DNA from: Raillietiella orientalis | Lineage: Eukaryota | Reading direction: 5' to 3' | DNA: 64,000 bases | Assembly: GCA_036172245.1 (NCBI GenBank) | Contig: JAYWIR010000009.1 | Coordinates: 2,356,001-2,420,000, forward strand | Part shown: piece after piece, positions 48,090-60,039 of the stretch | Layout of the letters: every line of letters starts with the position of its first letter | Numbering within the stretch: the first letter of the stretch is position 1 | Made by a program: the position numbers and the translations under genes | The notes under the pieces: model-generated | The model's database searches: none | What the model saw: only the letters and a program-made list of their open reading frames with translations | Told to the model about the DNA's origin: nothing

Positions 48090-51000
48090 TCTTCAGCATT
48101 ACACATTCGTCAAGATAATCCTGAAAGATTGAAATCGTAACCATCCCTGAAAGCCGAATCTTTCAGAGTTCTCCATCCTTCAGACTTCTTCATCAGAGTT
48201 CTTGGAAACTCTGATGGGCGAACTCCACTGCTTTCCTTTGCCAGCAACGGGGACGGCAGAAAACCTTCCTAGTCAGCGCTCGACGCACTATGAATGGAGC
48301 ACTGCAGAACTTGAGAGAAGATTTTGTCGTGCTCTCAGGATCAACCGATAGACTGCTTCCCTGAGATGCAAACCGCATCCTGAGAGCTTAGCAACAGACA
48401 ATCACATCCGAAGCAGTGCAAAGCTGAAACGGCAATCTTGAAAAGCAGGTCATTGGGGGTGCTTTGCCATCGAGGAATCAAACATTCTCAATGGAACTGC
48501 CGCTGTTACCAATAAATCGTATTTCAAAGCGCTATTGAGGATGGAAAGGACTACTTAGAAATATTCAAGGAATTTTAGATTACTCGTCGTCGCTACTCTC
48601 CACAGCAATCACTTATTTGGAGCCTCAGAAAGTTTTCAGCCACGTGATCAATCAGTGCACGAGACTCGCCTTTATCTAAAAGATAAAGGCGACTGTCAAG
48701 TTTTAATTAGTTTTTCCATCACTGTGCACATCAGATTATGTAAGTCCATGTACACAAACAGTCATATGTAGAATAATCTATTTAGAAAAGAGAGTGAAAG
48801 CTTGCTGGGCAGCCCAAAATGCTTCCAGTTCTCGTGATTGAAGCAATTTGGTAATTGTGGCGCGACTTCATCTTGTCAGACTCCCTGCACTTTGCAGCAA
48901 TCCGGGGTTCCATAGAAGCGCATTTCTTTCAAGAGTGCCACATCTCTTCCGAAACGTGCAGGCATCAAAGCAGCTGTCAGTTCTTGGATTGCGAGATGCA
49001 TGGACACTGAAGAAACGAGGGCACTCCATCGTACATTATGCAACCCACACTTCGGCTGCAGCGCTGATATCTACGCCTGGTTCGTTTCTGGAACGCCAAT
49101 TCTTTCTCAGGAGCTCTTGTTCTAGGGAGCCGGCTTTGGTGAGTAGGGTGCGCAAAGCAACTAATTCTGCTCTGCTTTAGAAATCATGCAAACGTAATAT
49201 TTAGATGCAATGATCCGTGGTCAGTGACGGAGGAGCAAAATTGGAGCATCGCGTAGTCCAGGAAGGTCCGAAGACACCCAATCTTTGCTCTTCCTCCATC
49301 GTGGCTCGCCGCGAAAGAAATTCGCGACGCTTTCTACGGGGTGAACCACTTAAAAAATCGACCCCCTCACGTGTGACCTTGCGACGAGAGGCAGAGCGCA
49401 GAGCAAAAGGCAAGCAGGGAGAAGTAAAGAACTACCTTTGTGCTCACCTTTGAGCCGGTTTCAAGCGGCTCATCCTACAGCACGCAAATGACGCATTCCT
49501 CTTACTGTTTTCCGTAAGTACTTGAAAGGAATCGAAGGTCTCCATTGCTTCGACTGCTCGGTTCAGTCTGTGCGTCAGCGGTTTGTCCTTGACACGGAGA
49601 TGGTGACTCGTTTCAAATCCCGCAAAGGAGTGGTCACGGTTCTTCTCCTGATAGGGACCTCCTCCTTCGAAACCTACGGGATCCGTCTCGAGAACGAATT
49701 GGCCTGTGGGAACGTCCCACTGGAAGGTGTTCACTCCTGGATCGAGCGCGGTCACCTCGAGTAGTGTCCAGCGTGTCCGCGCTTGATTCCTCCTCGAAGG
49801 TTCGGATGGAAGTTTAAAGCGCGCGCCCTTCTCATTTCCGCTCCTGGTTTGCTGGAAGCATCGCCGTGCTTCATTCTGTAAGCCCTTCCGTTATGGAACT
49901 CTTAAGCAGTGGAATTCTATAGGGTGAACCAAGGAAAACCGTCCCGTCTTGGATGAGGTTCCATGGCCCAGCAGCGCGCCTTCAGGCGGGCTGTTGGGAT
50001 CAAGTCGCTCACCCTGTATGATCGGAGATTATTGGGCCCATGGCGCAAACATGGACATTAATCTAAAACATAGAAGACAAGAACTGGCGTGGAAATTGAG
50101 ATGCTACTGGCATCTCAATTTAATTATGCTTTACATTGGAGCTATTAGCAATGATTTTTGCATGAGGTTTAATGTTAATTGGAATAATAAGGTATATATA
50201 AATCTTAAAAGTAAATATATAGTATTTAATTTAAATTATAAAAAAGATTTGAATTAGTAATTATTTAAGGCTTTATAAATATGCGTGGCCTAAGAGAGGA
50301 AGAGTGTATTCTTGTGATGCCAATGTCGGAGACGTTCAGGAGATGACGGAAGGCGTGGGGAGAGATATGAATGCCCACCGGACGGGAACTCGCTCACTCC
50401 TAGTGACGGACATCACTCAGCCACTGTTTGAGAAAAAAGAGGAAACTTTTGTTGGCAGGCTCCTGGGATTTTTCTGTTCAAAGTTTAATTCGTTTCCAAG
50501 CCATTGATGTTTCCACCGTTGTGCGTGGCTTTGAGTTGATTCGCTGGTACGAATCTTCCAATTTAGGGATCTGTCCCCTTCCCCTCCCCCGGTTGATTTT
50601 TGAATTTGAACGGGAACAAAATGCGACTTCTTAGCTTCTTCTACACAGCATACAGTTTCGGTTTCCGGGACGACGACCTGGTGGCTCTGTGCAGCAAGAG
50701 CACACCCCAAGCGAGTTCCATTCCTTTTCAAGAGTCAAAGGTTTAATTTCAAAGAAGCCATCCGGTAACACTCTCAGGAAAAGTGCAGCCACCACGTCCT
50801 TTGAGAGTGCGACTGCTGCAGTTATCGAAAGAACTCAGTAAGATGCACATCGAGGGACAAAGGTTTCCGTCAAGGTTTCCAATCTTCCTTACCACCCTCT
50901 CGAAGGAAATCCTGCTTTGAAACATTGGCACTCGGATAAGTGAGATTATTAATAACTCCTGAGAGCAAATGCGCTTTTGCTCTGATATCGTCAATAATTT

Positions 51001-51492
51001 AGTCGTTCACTGCAAAAAAAAAAAAAAATGTTCCTACCATTCCCTGCATGTCATAGAATTAAATGGAAATGATGATGCAGCATCCATGAAATCATCACTG
51101 CAAAAGATGAATCCGGATTTTTCATTGGTGATTTCCTCGCTTGGGGCCAGTGAGGATGTCTCGCTCTTTATTTTTTTTTCTAAAAGAAAACAAAAAATCT
51201 CTTTATTTTCCTTTTTTGTGTCTTAGCACACAAGGCAGTTGGGATCCTTTCTGCTTTCTGCTTTTCGTGCGTTTTCGCTCAAAGAAGGGCCACCGGAGGA
51301 AGACTTAGGTCTTCTAGCCTGGGATGCAGTCTGGACGCTCTTGTTGCATCGGAGCAAGTGTTTACAGATTCGCCACAGACCGAAGAAGATGTTATTCAGG
51401 ATGCTTCGTCAAAGTACGCGGTCAACCTGAATTTATTCAGTGAGCCGGGAAAATGACCTGGAGCCCTAATCTAATGATGAAATTCATCCAAG

Positions 51493-51750
51493 GGATTGGA
51501 GGCTATCCGAGTTACAAAAAGCTCAGAGCTGCATGCATCATCAGTTTCAGTCATTAAAGATGAAAACAGGGGCGCGGAAACCGAGGAGGAAAGCACTGCT
51601 GCAACCTTAAATCGGACCTATGAAGCAGAGTTACCGCAAAGATCGGATGAATCAATCAAAGAGCGCTGTTCCCTTCGTCCCGGATGCTGTGGATGCTGCT
51701 TTCTGTTCTCACCAAACGCTTCCCGCTCAAACTCCTGGTTCCCGCTCAAG
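51493..51750 (+). CDS. Candidate exon, unknown low-complexity product
   Basis: Open frame LEAIRVTKSSELHASS...SWFPLK bounded by CCAAG| and AAG|GTGCGC; no recognisable domain. Confidence 0.2.
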
Positions 51751-53569
51751 GTGCGCGATTTACGGCACTGGGAGCTCCAGGGCACCTCAAGGCAGACAAC
51801 GGAAGAATTGGGAATCAAGAAGACACTCACAGACGTGCCGGTGCTGGCAAGCTCGAGAAATTGCTTTTCCCTATCAGTCACGTCCCGAATTTCCCAGGGA
51901 CACTGGTCAGCCTAAGCCGTCTTGGAATGTTCCTTCTTCCTCATAGTGGCCAGCGTCGGGCCAAGCAAATCATGCGGTGATACGAGCGAACTCGCGATTC
52001 CTTGAGAGTGCCAGTCGATTTCAAGTGCTCACGGCGTTGGCGGGAAGAAGGAGGGAAAAACACTTATCGTGTGAAATTCCACAAGATGGCACACGCACAC
52101 ACACACACACACGTAAATAAACAAATACAAGGAGCCGAATCTTGCACGGTGAGCGGCATCCGAGGCCATCGTGGTGAAAGCTTTTGCCTTCCGATGTGAC
52201 CTGCTCTCTTGATTGTCTGCAATCGGGGAAATTTCTTTCGGGATTCGCTACCCCCCGCGGAAATAGATGCAAGCGTTCGTGGAAAATCCCAATTTCGGAG
52301 GGGGAACGGAATAAATTTCTCGTGTTGGAGTTTCCTGGAGTGCGGCGGAGCCGAAACGAAATGTAAACACTTCGACCGAAAAATTGGCCATCAGAAGTCT
52401 CTCTCTAGGTACTGCTTTCGACGGCTCCCTCTTGATTCTTCTTGATCAAGAGGCTTGTCTGGACAGGTTGCCGGGACATTTCGGAACGGGAATTCCACGT
52501 TACTCCTCGTATGCAAACGTGTCCCTTTTGATTGTTGCCATGGTCACCGCATGGCGTGCACGCAATTCCGTTCGGCTCTTTCCAACCCGTTTCGAACGTC
52601 TCGCAATCACTTCATAGCGGATCGCATCGGTCTCTGCTTCATAACTGCATAACTGGTATGAAACGAGCTCCGGGGGATACTGAGAGCTTCTTAGAGTCGG
52701 TTAAAAAGAAACGCCTCAAGCTGAATTCAACTAACCTCAAGATCCGAGAGATTCATCCGTGAGCTCGATAATAGAATGCACTTGCGCGTTGATTTCAGCA
52801 TCGGCTGGTTGTGTTTGGGTCAGAGCAGCTTTTCTGAATCTCTGCTTTTGAAGTTTATCTTTCCGAGTCCCATCAGACAAACCAGGTCTGAGCCATCCTT
52901 TCTGAAAGTCATGTGATCACATCCCTGAACGCTCTTGCATCCCTAAACACTGACGTTTCTGTTGCCTCGCCATGCCCTTGTCGCGGTACATGTTTGCTTG
53001 GCAAAAAAAAAGAAAATTCCATCCATATAGATGCACACTTTGTTGGGGTCCCCATCCCTGCTTCCTGTTGTGTACTGAATACCAAGCCGTTCTTCTCGTC
53101 TTCCTGTGTCTCAGCATTATGCACAGGCACTAGTTGTCCTTCGTGATGATATGCACTGGAAGCCACTGGGGCGGGACAGTTTGTTTTACTTGCAGCAAAA
53201 CAGCAACTTCTTCGAAGGATGAGTTTTGTTTGTCATGATCACTGAACTGGTCCAGGTGGAAGCTGCTTTCTTGTCAGAGATCACGTCTGGCCTATCACAT
53301 GTGAGGATGCGATCGATCAATCGATATGGTAAATTTGAAAGCCGACTGGGTGCAGCTGTACCCAGGCATGATTACAGGCTGACCTCAGGTCAAGTTCGAG
53401 TTCTTGCTAGAAACAGACGCTTCCACGGAGTGCTCCATTTCGAGCTCGAGGGATCAAAATCATTCGAGTAGTCAAACCAGAGGGCTTCAGTGAATTTTCA
53501 TATCTTGACAAACATTTTTGATCTTCGCTGACCATTGGATTCCGAACGTGCCCGGATTAGAAGTTTATG

Positions 53570-53800
53570 TTCCGGGATCCTCTCCAGAGTGTGAATAGTG
53601 CGCTGCTCCCTTCAGAGTTCTCAGAGGAGGAAACCATGAGCTGTTCCCCTGCGGGTTCCTTCCGAAGAAGAAATTTCAGGAGCGGATCCTTTCCGGGTTC
53701 CCATCAGAGAAGAACCCATGGAGCGGCTCCCTTCAGGGGATCCCTGCAGAGAGAATAAAGAAGAGATGGTTCCTTTCGAGGTTCCCCTTCCACACGTAAG
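53570..53800 (+). mobile_element. SINE-like element fragment (hairpin-repeat array), copy 8a
   Basis: GGAGCGGATCCTTTCCGGGTTCCCATCAGAGAAGAA-type units as in copies 3 and 5. Confidence 0.7.
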
Positions 53801-54625
53801 AGGTTTGCACCCGGTTACTCCGGGACCTTTATTTTGCAACAAAAAAAAAAAAAAAAACCACAAGTTTGAGGGGAAGAAGGATATCCCCTTAAAAAACAAG
53901 AAAAGGCAAAAAATTTTCGACTTTACATTGTTTCAAAAGTTCATCCGGGATGACCACCGGTACGCAGGCCTGATTCCGAAAAGTAGGGAACGGAATGAGA
54001 GGACAGTAAATAAATAAAAAAAGAAGGGAAGGTGGGGACAGGGGTCTTTGGTGTAAAACATTCCTTTACTTCTAGAAGCCACTCTGGATGGTGGCGATCT
54101 CCATAGCGACTTCTTCTGGCAGGTGAGCCACCTCGCTGATGCCATGCTGGTGGTCTCTCTTCGCCGCGAACCTGACTCCAACACATGACGGGATGTCACT
54201 GTGGAGTGGATGCAACAGATTGTTGGCATCATAGCACTCTTCAGCCTGCCTCTGGTGAAGAAGCGCCGCAGCAGATTCGTGGCAGTGTCCTGGGGTTGAC
54301 GGAGGGCCGAAGCGAGTCTTCGCCACAAATCCGCGAAGGCACTGCAGTCCAGCAGCAGGAGAGGGAGCGATCCCATCGCCCCGCACCTCGAACAGTTCGG
54401 GGAGGCAACTCTCACGGAAACCAGGTGCCTGCTCTGGTTGCACTGGAATCTACCCAGTGCAAAACAGCAGAATGTCCTGTTTTCACCGGAGCGGGATCAC
54501 GGAGGTGACCGCGCGAAGGGAAGGGACCACGAGTTCTTCGAGGGGCACACTGAGGATAAGGTCGGTCCACCGAAGGAGTCGAGTTGCCCAGAAACGAGCA
54601 GCAGGGGTATTCACGAGCTGGGGAG
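53801..54625 (-). mobile_element. L1/Tx1-like element, 3' ~0.8 kb
   Basis: ORF 53933-54415 reads SPNCSRCGAMGSLPLLLLDCSAFADLWRRLASALRQPQDT; reverse strand AATAAAGGTCCCGGAGTAACCGGG at 53833-53810. Confidence 0.85.
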
Positions 54626-54629
54626 CGTC

Positions 54630-54950
54630 CATTTGGGATTCTCTTCAGAGGAGGAAACCAGGAACGGATCCTTTCCGGCGATCCCTCCTTAGAAGAAACG
54701 AGTGGCCCCTTCCAGGGGACCCTTTTGGACACGCCCAGGGCGAGAGTCTCTCCCCAAGCGTAAAAGGAATGGACTCCTTCCTCCAAAACTCTTCCTGCAT
54801 TCGCAGGGTGGTCCCTCCGGGACACCCCCTATAAGTTGAAGAGTCACACGTACCCTCAGGTGGCGTCGACAGTGTCTAAGAGCTTCGTGAGCCCTCCCAA
54901 AGGAGACCAACGGTTCTTCAGCACTTGGTGGACCAAAAAAAGGACAAAAA
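54630..54950 (+). mobile_element. SINE-like element 3' half, copy 8b
   Basis: Repeat units, then GAGTCACACGTACCCTCAGGTGGCGT...CGGTTCTTCAGCACTTGGTGGACCAAAAAAA, matching 5013-5127. Confidence 0.75.
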
Positions 54951-56809
54951 GGAAACCCGGATGTGAGCTGCCGTGCTGTGCAGCCTGGGAGCATGCTCTC
55001 TAGGACGGACTGCTTGAGTCCAAGTTTGCAGGATTTTTCCTTGCTCCCTTGAAAACGCATCAGGGATTTCGGAACGCTTCCCACACGTCTGGACTGTTAA
55101 GCGGTACGGTCAAAGGGAAGTCACTGAGGTATGAGTTTGAACTTCACGTCCGAATGCCTGCAGGAATAATTGCTCTCAGCACGCGACCACCTGCCACCAT
55201 AAAATCACAGTTGCTACTCAGCTTGATATTCTTGGTTTGGCCGATGAAAGAACCTCCTCGAAGGAAGGAAAATTTCCAGTGTCACAGAAACGCCTCATTT
55301 GCTTTTCGGCTCCCTAGAGAGGAAATGCTAATTACATGCTTCCTCCACGCACGGTATTTTTGTGTGAGCAAATATGTGAGGTAAAAGTAGGTGTCGTTAA
55401 TAATTGATCGCATTCTTAGTTGCCGCTTTGGGTAAATCAACCAGTCGGAAGTGGATGGCTGTGCAGATTGCATGCGCATTGGATGAATTGCATGCACATT
55501 CAGTACACATATCATGAGATTTCAAAGGGATTAATCTCGAGAGCTTTGTAATTATGTCACGTACCATTCGAAAGACATACGCCATCGGCCGCGACCGAAA
55601 ACTTCTACTGAATGGTTCGTGGAATTTCCTGAAAGATCTGCGCGTTCAGGAGAAATTTCTAAGTCATGTGCAAAGGGACAGAAGAGGCTGGAATCATCCT
55701 AGACCGCGGCGGGAAGGTCAGAGATGATCGCCTACCATTCTTCTGGCGTGGACACACAAGAAGGTGTGAGAATTTCTCCCCGCTTCGTGACTGCAATCAC
55801 GTGCCAGGGTGAGACTGCAATCCCGAACCGAGGTGGAACCAATTTGCATGTTACTGCACCACTGCGACCATGTTGGAACCTTGGAAGCCAATCGGAGGAA
55901 AAAGCACTTTTTCAGCGGGAGAACGCAATACCCATTTCCGGCGTCTCGGGGATTAGACTGACGTCAAGTTCTTGCGAACTTGACCCGGATCGGCACTCGG
56001 GTCAGCTTCGTGTACATCGGATATCCTTCCTTCGACTTGTTTCCTAGCATGGAAAGGACAAATCCTCAGAAGCGAAGTTCCGCCTTAGAGGATTTCGCTC
56101 CGGTTTCCAATGGAAAGCCGCTCACGGGCCACACCGCTGAGGAAAAGGAGGAAACTTCGTGCTCTCCCGGTGTGAGATCGCTGCGCGGGAGGTTGTCTCG
56201 AGCCACAGTTCGTGGTACGGCAGCATGCGTTTATAGTTGAGGCTTTCCGGTTTGTGTGTGTGTGTCTTGTGTGTGTGTGTGTGCACACTAGGCACATAAG
56301 CACATAGCGCCGCCCTACTCCACTCGTAATCGAATATCCGGTCTTCTCCTTTGGGGAAATAGAGGTGTGATCGATCTTCGTGCCTTCGTCTGAGCATCCC
56401 ATTTTAACTGTCCACTCTGATTTTCGATTGTGTTAATAGAAGATACATCTCCATCTGCGGACGAGAAATTGGATACTGCGAGGTGGAAGAGGAGGACGAG
56501 CGAAGAGTCCTCTGCTCCACTGGTCGCAAGGATGGGCACTTTGGGGATGCCTCTCCTCTCACCGCGGAAACCAAGCAAAGCTGTTCGTGGAACCGACTCC
56601 TCCTCGTTCAAGGGCGAAGAAAGAGGCGCTCCTCTGAACGGCTCCCTGTGGTCTTCCTTGGGTTGTTTGCGCACTCACGAGGGTTTTCTCGAAGGTCTCT
56701 CCGGCTGTAGCAAAGGCGAACCGATTGGCTTCTCCCGTTGCGGAGGAGCGCGTGGACGTCCGACGCGGTTCGCGGGTTTCCTCAGCAACTACGTTGGGGA
56801 CCTACGTTG

Positions 56810-57600
56810 CCACCCGGAATTTATTCAAAATGAAAATAAACAAACGAATTGGGAACAAGCAGTTCCCAGAGGCAACGAAAAGAAGTTGAAGAGGATGTTT
56901 GGGGGTCGTTGAAGAGGTCGGTTAGCATTTGCTGATGAAGTCCGGAGCGGAAGGGAAAGTGACAAAAAAAAGGAAATAGAGGGAGGACGGTGAGGACAGG
57001 GAACTTTGGTGTCCTACTTGACCTCCTCCTGCAGGTGAGGCCACCTCCTAGCCGTCCTCAGTAGGCGGTCTGCTGTGCGGTTGACCTTGCTGCGCTGTCC
57101 CGGAGACTCCAGCACATGGCGATACAGCTTCTTACCCTTGCCTGTCGGGACTCTGCTACGTGCGAAGAACTGCGCAGCAAGTCCTTCTGAAAGCAGGAGT
57201 GCCGAAGACAGCCACCGCCACAGATTCCTGGAAGGCATCGCAGTCCAGCGGCAGGTGAGGGAACGATTCAACGGTCCCGCGTCCTAGACGATTTGGGGAT
57301 GCTGTTCCCCTAGGGACGAGGCGAGCGAAGGGACGGTGGACGAAAAAAATAAAGCGAGCGTCTAAAGGGTCTTCCCTGTCTTCCACCACTCCTTCGCTAT
57401 GACTGAAGGTCCACCGTTTCACCAGGAGACGTGAGTCACGTTTGTTGCTGCGCTTCCAGTACCTTCGTTTAGTGAGATTCCTAAGAAATCTGTGAACTTC
57501 GTGGTCCTTGAGCAGCCTGAGATGAAAGAGGATGCTGGGAATCTTCACCCGTTGAAGCCAATTCTTCATACGCCCTAGGAAATGCCTGCTTTGGTACCCT
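56810..57600 (-). mobile_element. L1/Tx1-like element, 3' fragment
   Basis: TASPNRLGRGTVESFPHLPLDCDAF and ARRWPHLQEEV; UTR CCGCTCCGGACTT; AATAAA followed by only the right arm (CCGGGTG) of the hairpin. Confidence 0.75.
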
Positions 57601-58639
57601 TGGAATCGACCACGTGACGAGGATGCGGCAGTTTTTCGCTGTGTCTCAAGAAGGCTGCTGTGTGCGGAGGACTGGTACGGATGGCAGCAAAGTCAGCTGA
57701 GGGAGAATAGCTGGAAAGGAAGAACTCCCCAGCTTCCTAGGGACTTGGACTGAAAGTACCGGGAATTTGGACTAGGAAAGTGAGCTGGTGACCCAGGAAG
57801 TGGGGAACTGGACCAACCCACTGTGTTTCGGTTGAGTAGATGCTAAACAGGCTATTCTAGAAGGAGATCCAAAGTTCAGACCAGGTCGAGTGGTCCAGAG
57901 CGAAGAGAAGTCGCTTTACTTATGGGATGTTCACCAGCAGCGCTGCAGGAGGCATGGAAAAAAGAAAAAGAAAGGGAAGAACGTGAACTCTTCCTCCAAT
58001 GAGTCCATTATGGAAATGAGGGGAACCTCCAAAGGAGTTCCCTGCTCAGCAGTCTCCTTGGTCCTGTGGAGCCCTAGGATCGCCTGCGTCCGGTTCGAAA
58101 TCCTGAAAGATCATGAAAAATAAACGCGCTCGCCTATTCTACATATATGAGCATACAAATTTACCTTAATCTGCATACTTATCCATATTTATTAAGATGC
58201 ATATCATTAGCAGTAATATTATTGAAATCGATACATTCATTAAGATTTACTGACATACATTTTATTAATAAAATTAAAACGTTGGTAATTATATTGTTGA
58301 CATATATATTGAAGATTACAACAAATAAATATACGTACTTATTATATGTATTGCAGCATATATTTCTACACATATTTTTGTGTGTACATAAATATGTGTA
58401 GAAAATATATATGTGTGTACATATTTATATTCATACACATATATACATTATCTATAACTGTTCATGTATGTAATAGGCATATGTAGTATTTATTTACTAC
58501 GATCTTTCGGGGTTTTGATCGTCATCGTGGAAATGAGGGAGTTGAACGTTCAGGAAGCAGGAAAAGCACACAGGAAAACAAACTGTGTGCTCGAAAGTTT
58601 TCGGGATGCCGCGCCACGCCTCGACCAGCATCGCGCTTC

Positions 58640-59215
58640 CAAGAACTCCGTCTCCAGCAGAGATCCGTCTTCGCAGGTCACTGCTTCGTGGGCAGGTTCC
58701 ACTGATTCCTCTGCACAGGATGAGCCCACCAGGGAAGGCGCCAAGCTCCACGCGCAGGTGCAATTCCTGGAAGGACCCCATCGGCGCATCCTCAACCACC
58801 ACTCTCATAACCTCAGACGCGAATTGCCACGACCGAGTTGGTCAGCGGGATCGAGAAGATGGCTGTGTGCCAATGAAAGCTGTCCTCCTCAGGCCCACTT
58901 TCCAGATGCCCTCAGAAAGCGGAGGTCAAGCCATGTCCAGCCGATGGCTTTGGAAGGTGCCGGGAGCGAGCAAGCTGCGGCTGCAGCGATGTCCTCAAGA
59001 AACTGGGGATCATGCAGAGGAGGGGAAATGCCCTGCGGACAGATCAAGAACTTACGTTGGATCTTCTGCAGGATGGGTGACCTTACCGTCAGCCATCCCA
59101 TCATAAGGTTACGAGGGAGGGACTGCATTCGGTGGCCCCTCAATAGATAGCAACTCCCCGCGCGGGGCGTTGCTATCCACATCTCATTAGCTTAGTAAAA
59201 AAATAAATAAATAAT
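58640..59215 (+). mobile_element. Possible R2-superfamily 3' fragment
   Basis: PTREG...RRC...RILNH (decayed CCHC) and DVLKKLGI; ends in an A-rich AAAAAAATAAATAAATAA tail at ~59197-59214. Confidence 0.35.
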
Positions 59216-59369
59216 ATTCCAGGGATGCCTACTGGGAACGCTGGATGGATCCCCGTCCGTAACGTGAGGACTTACGAAACAGCGGGAGGACTAAAGAGAA
59301 GAGGTAGAAGAAGAACATGAAGGGAACTGACTCTCCCCTTCATCTGCTTGAATCTGAGTTTCTTTTGGG

Positions 59370-59750
59370 CTGCGAGGGTCCGGTCCACGTTAGGGGAATG
59401 GCAACAGAGAAACGAGAATGATCACCACGTCTTGATTGGGGGCTTTGGACGTTCTGTGTCAACAAGGGACGATTCTGAGGAGCTCGCCGAGGCTGGAGCT
59501 GATAATCTTTGGGGGGACTGGGGTCAACTTGCTTGGGCGAAAGTGGAGCTGAGGGGGAAGCGAATTCGCGCCTCGCCTTCCCGACGTCGTCTGCTCAACT
59601 TCCGCTGCACGTGCACATCGTTAGCGAGAGCACCACGAGCTGCCCGCTGGCTTCGAAATAGCCAACGGAAGCTCCGATCCGTCGGACGGTCTCCTTGGGG
59701 CAGCAGCAACCTCTCGGACCATTCTCTCGGGCTCGATCCTGAGGAGTCGT
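59370..59750 (+). mobile_element. LINE apurinic-like endonuclease remnant
   Basis: HVLIGGF (decayed GGDFN) and NLSDHSL (SDH) in one 154-aa frame with plausible spacing. Confidence 0.5.
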
Positions 59751-60039
59751 TAACGACATTTGCCTCGACTGGTGATCCAAACAGCATCCGCCGTTTACCT
59801 CCCCCGAAATGAGGGTGAACCTCGACCCTTGCTAACCGAAGCCCTTGGGTTAGCCGGAATTGAGCAGCCAATTTCGGCCCAGATGGGGGAGGAAAAAATG
59901 CATCCTTGAAAGAACCATTAAGCAAACAAAAAAATGAGCTTCGACGGAGTGTAAATTTTGTATTTGTCAAAGACAAAGAAAAAAAAAAGACGATGAAGAA
60001 GAAAAACGCCTGCTTCCCGTTAACCGCGAGGGTCGTTTT

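Noticed and set aside
50739..50760. Nematode SL1 leader (GGTTTAATT...)
   Set aside because: Only the first 9 nt match.
53226..53471. RhoGEF DH-like start (ITELVQVEAAFL)
   Set aside because: No compatible splice acceptor and no further DH similarity.
56932..56962. Hammerhead ribozyme core (CTGATGA...GAAA); also ~18094 and ~28285
   Set aside because: Stem II and the flanking stems do not form; the 56932 site is the reverse strand of a LINE 3' UTR.
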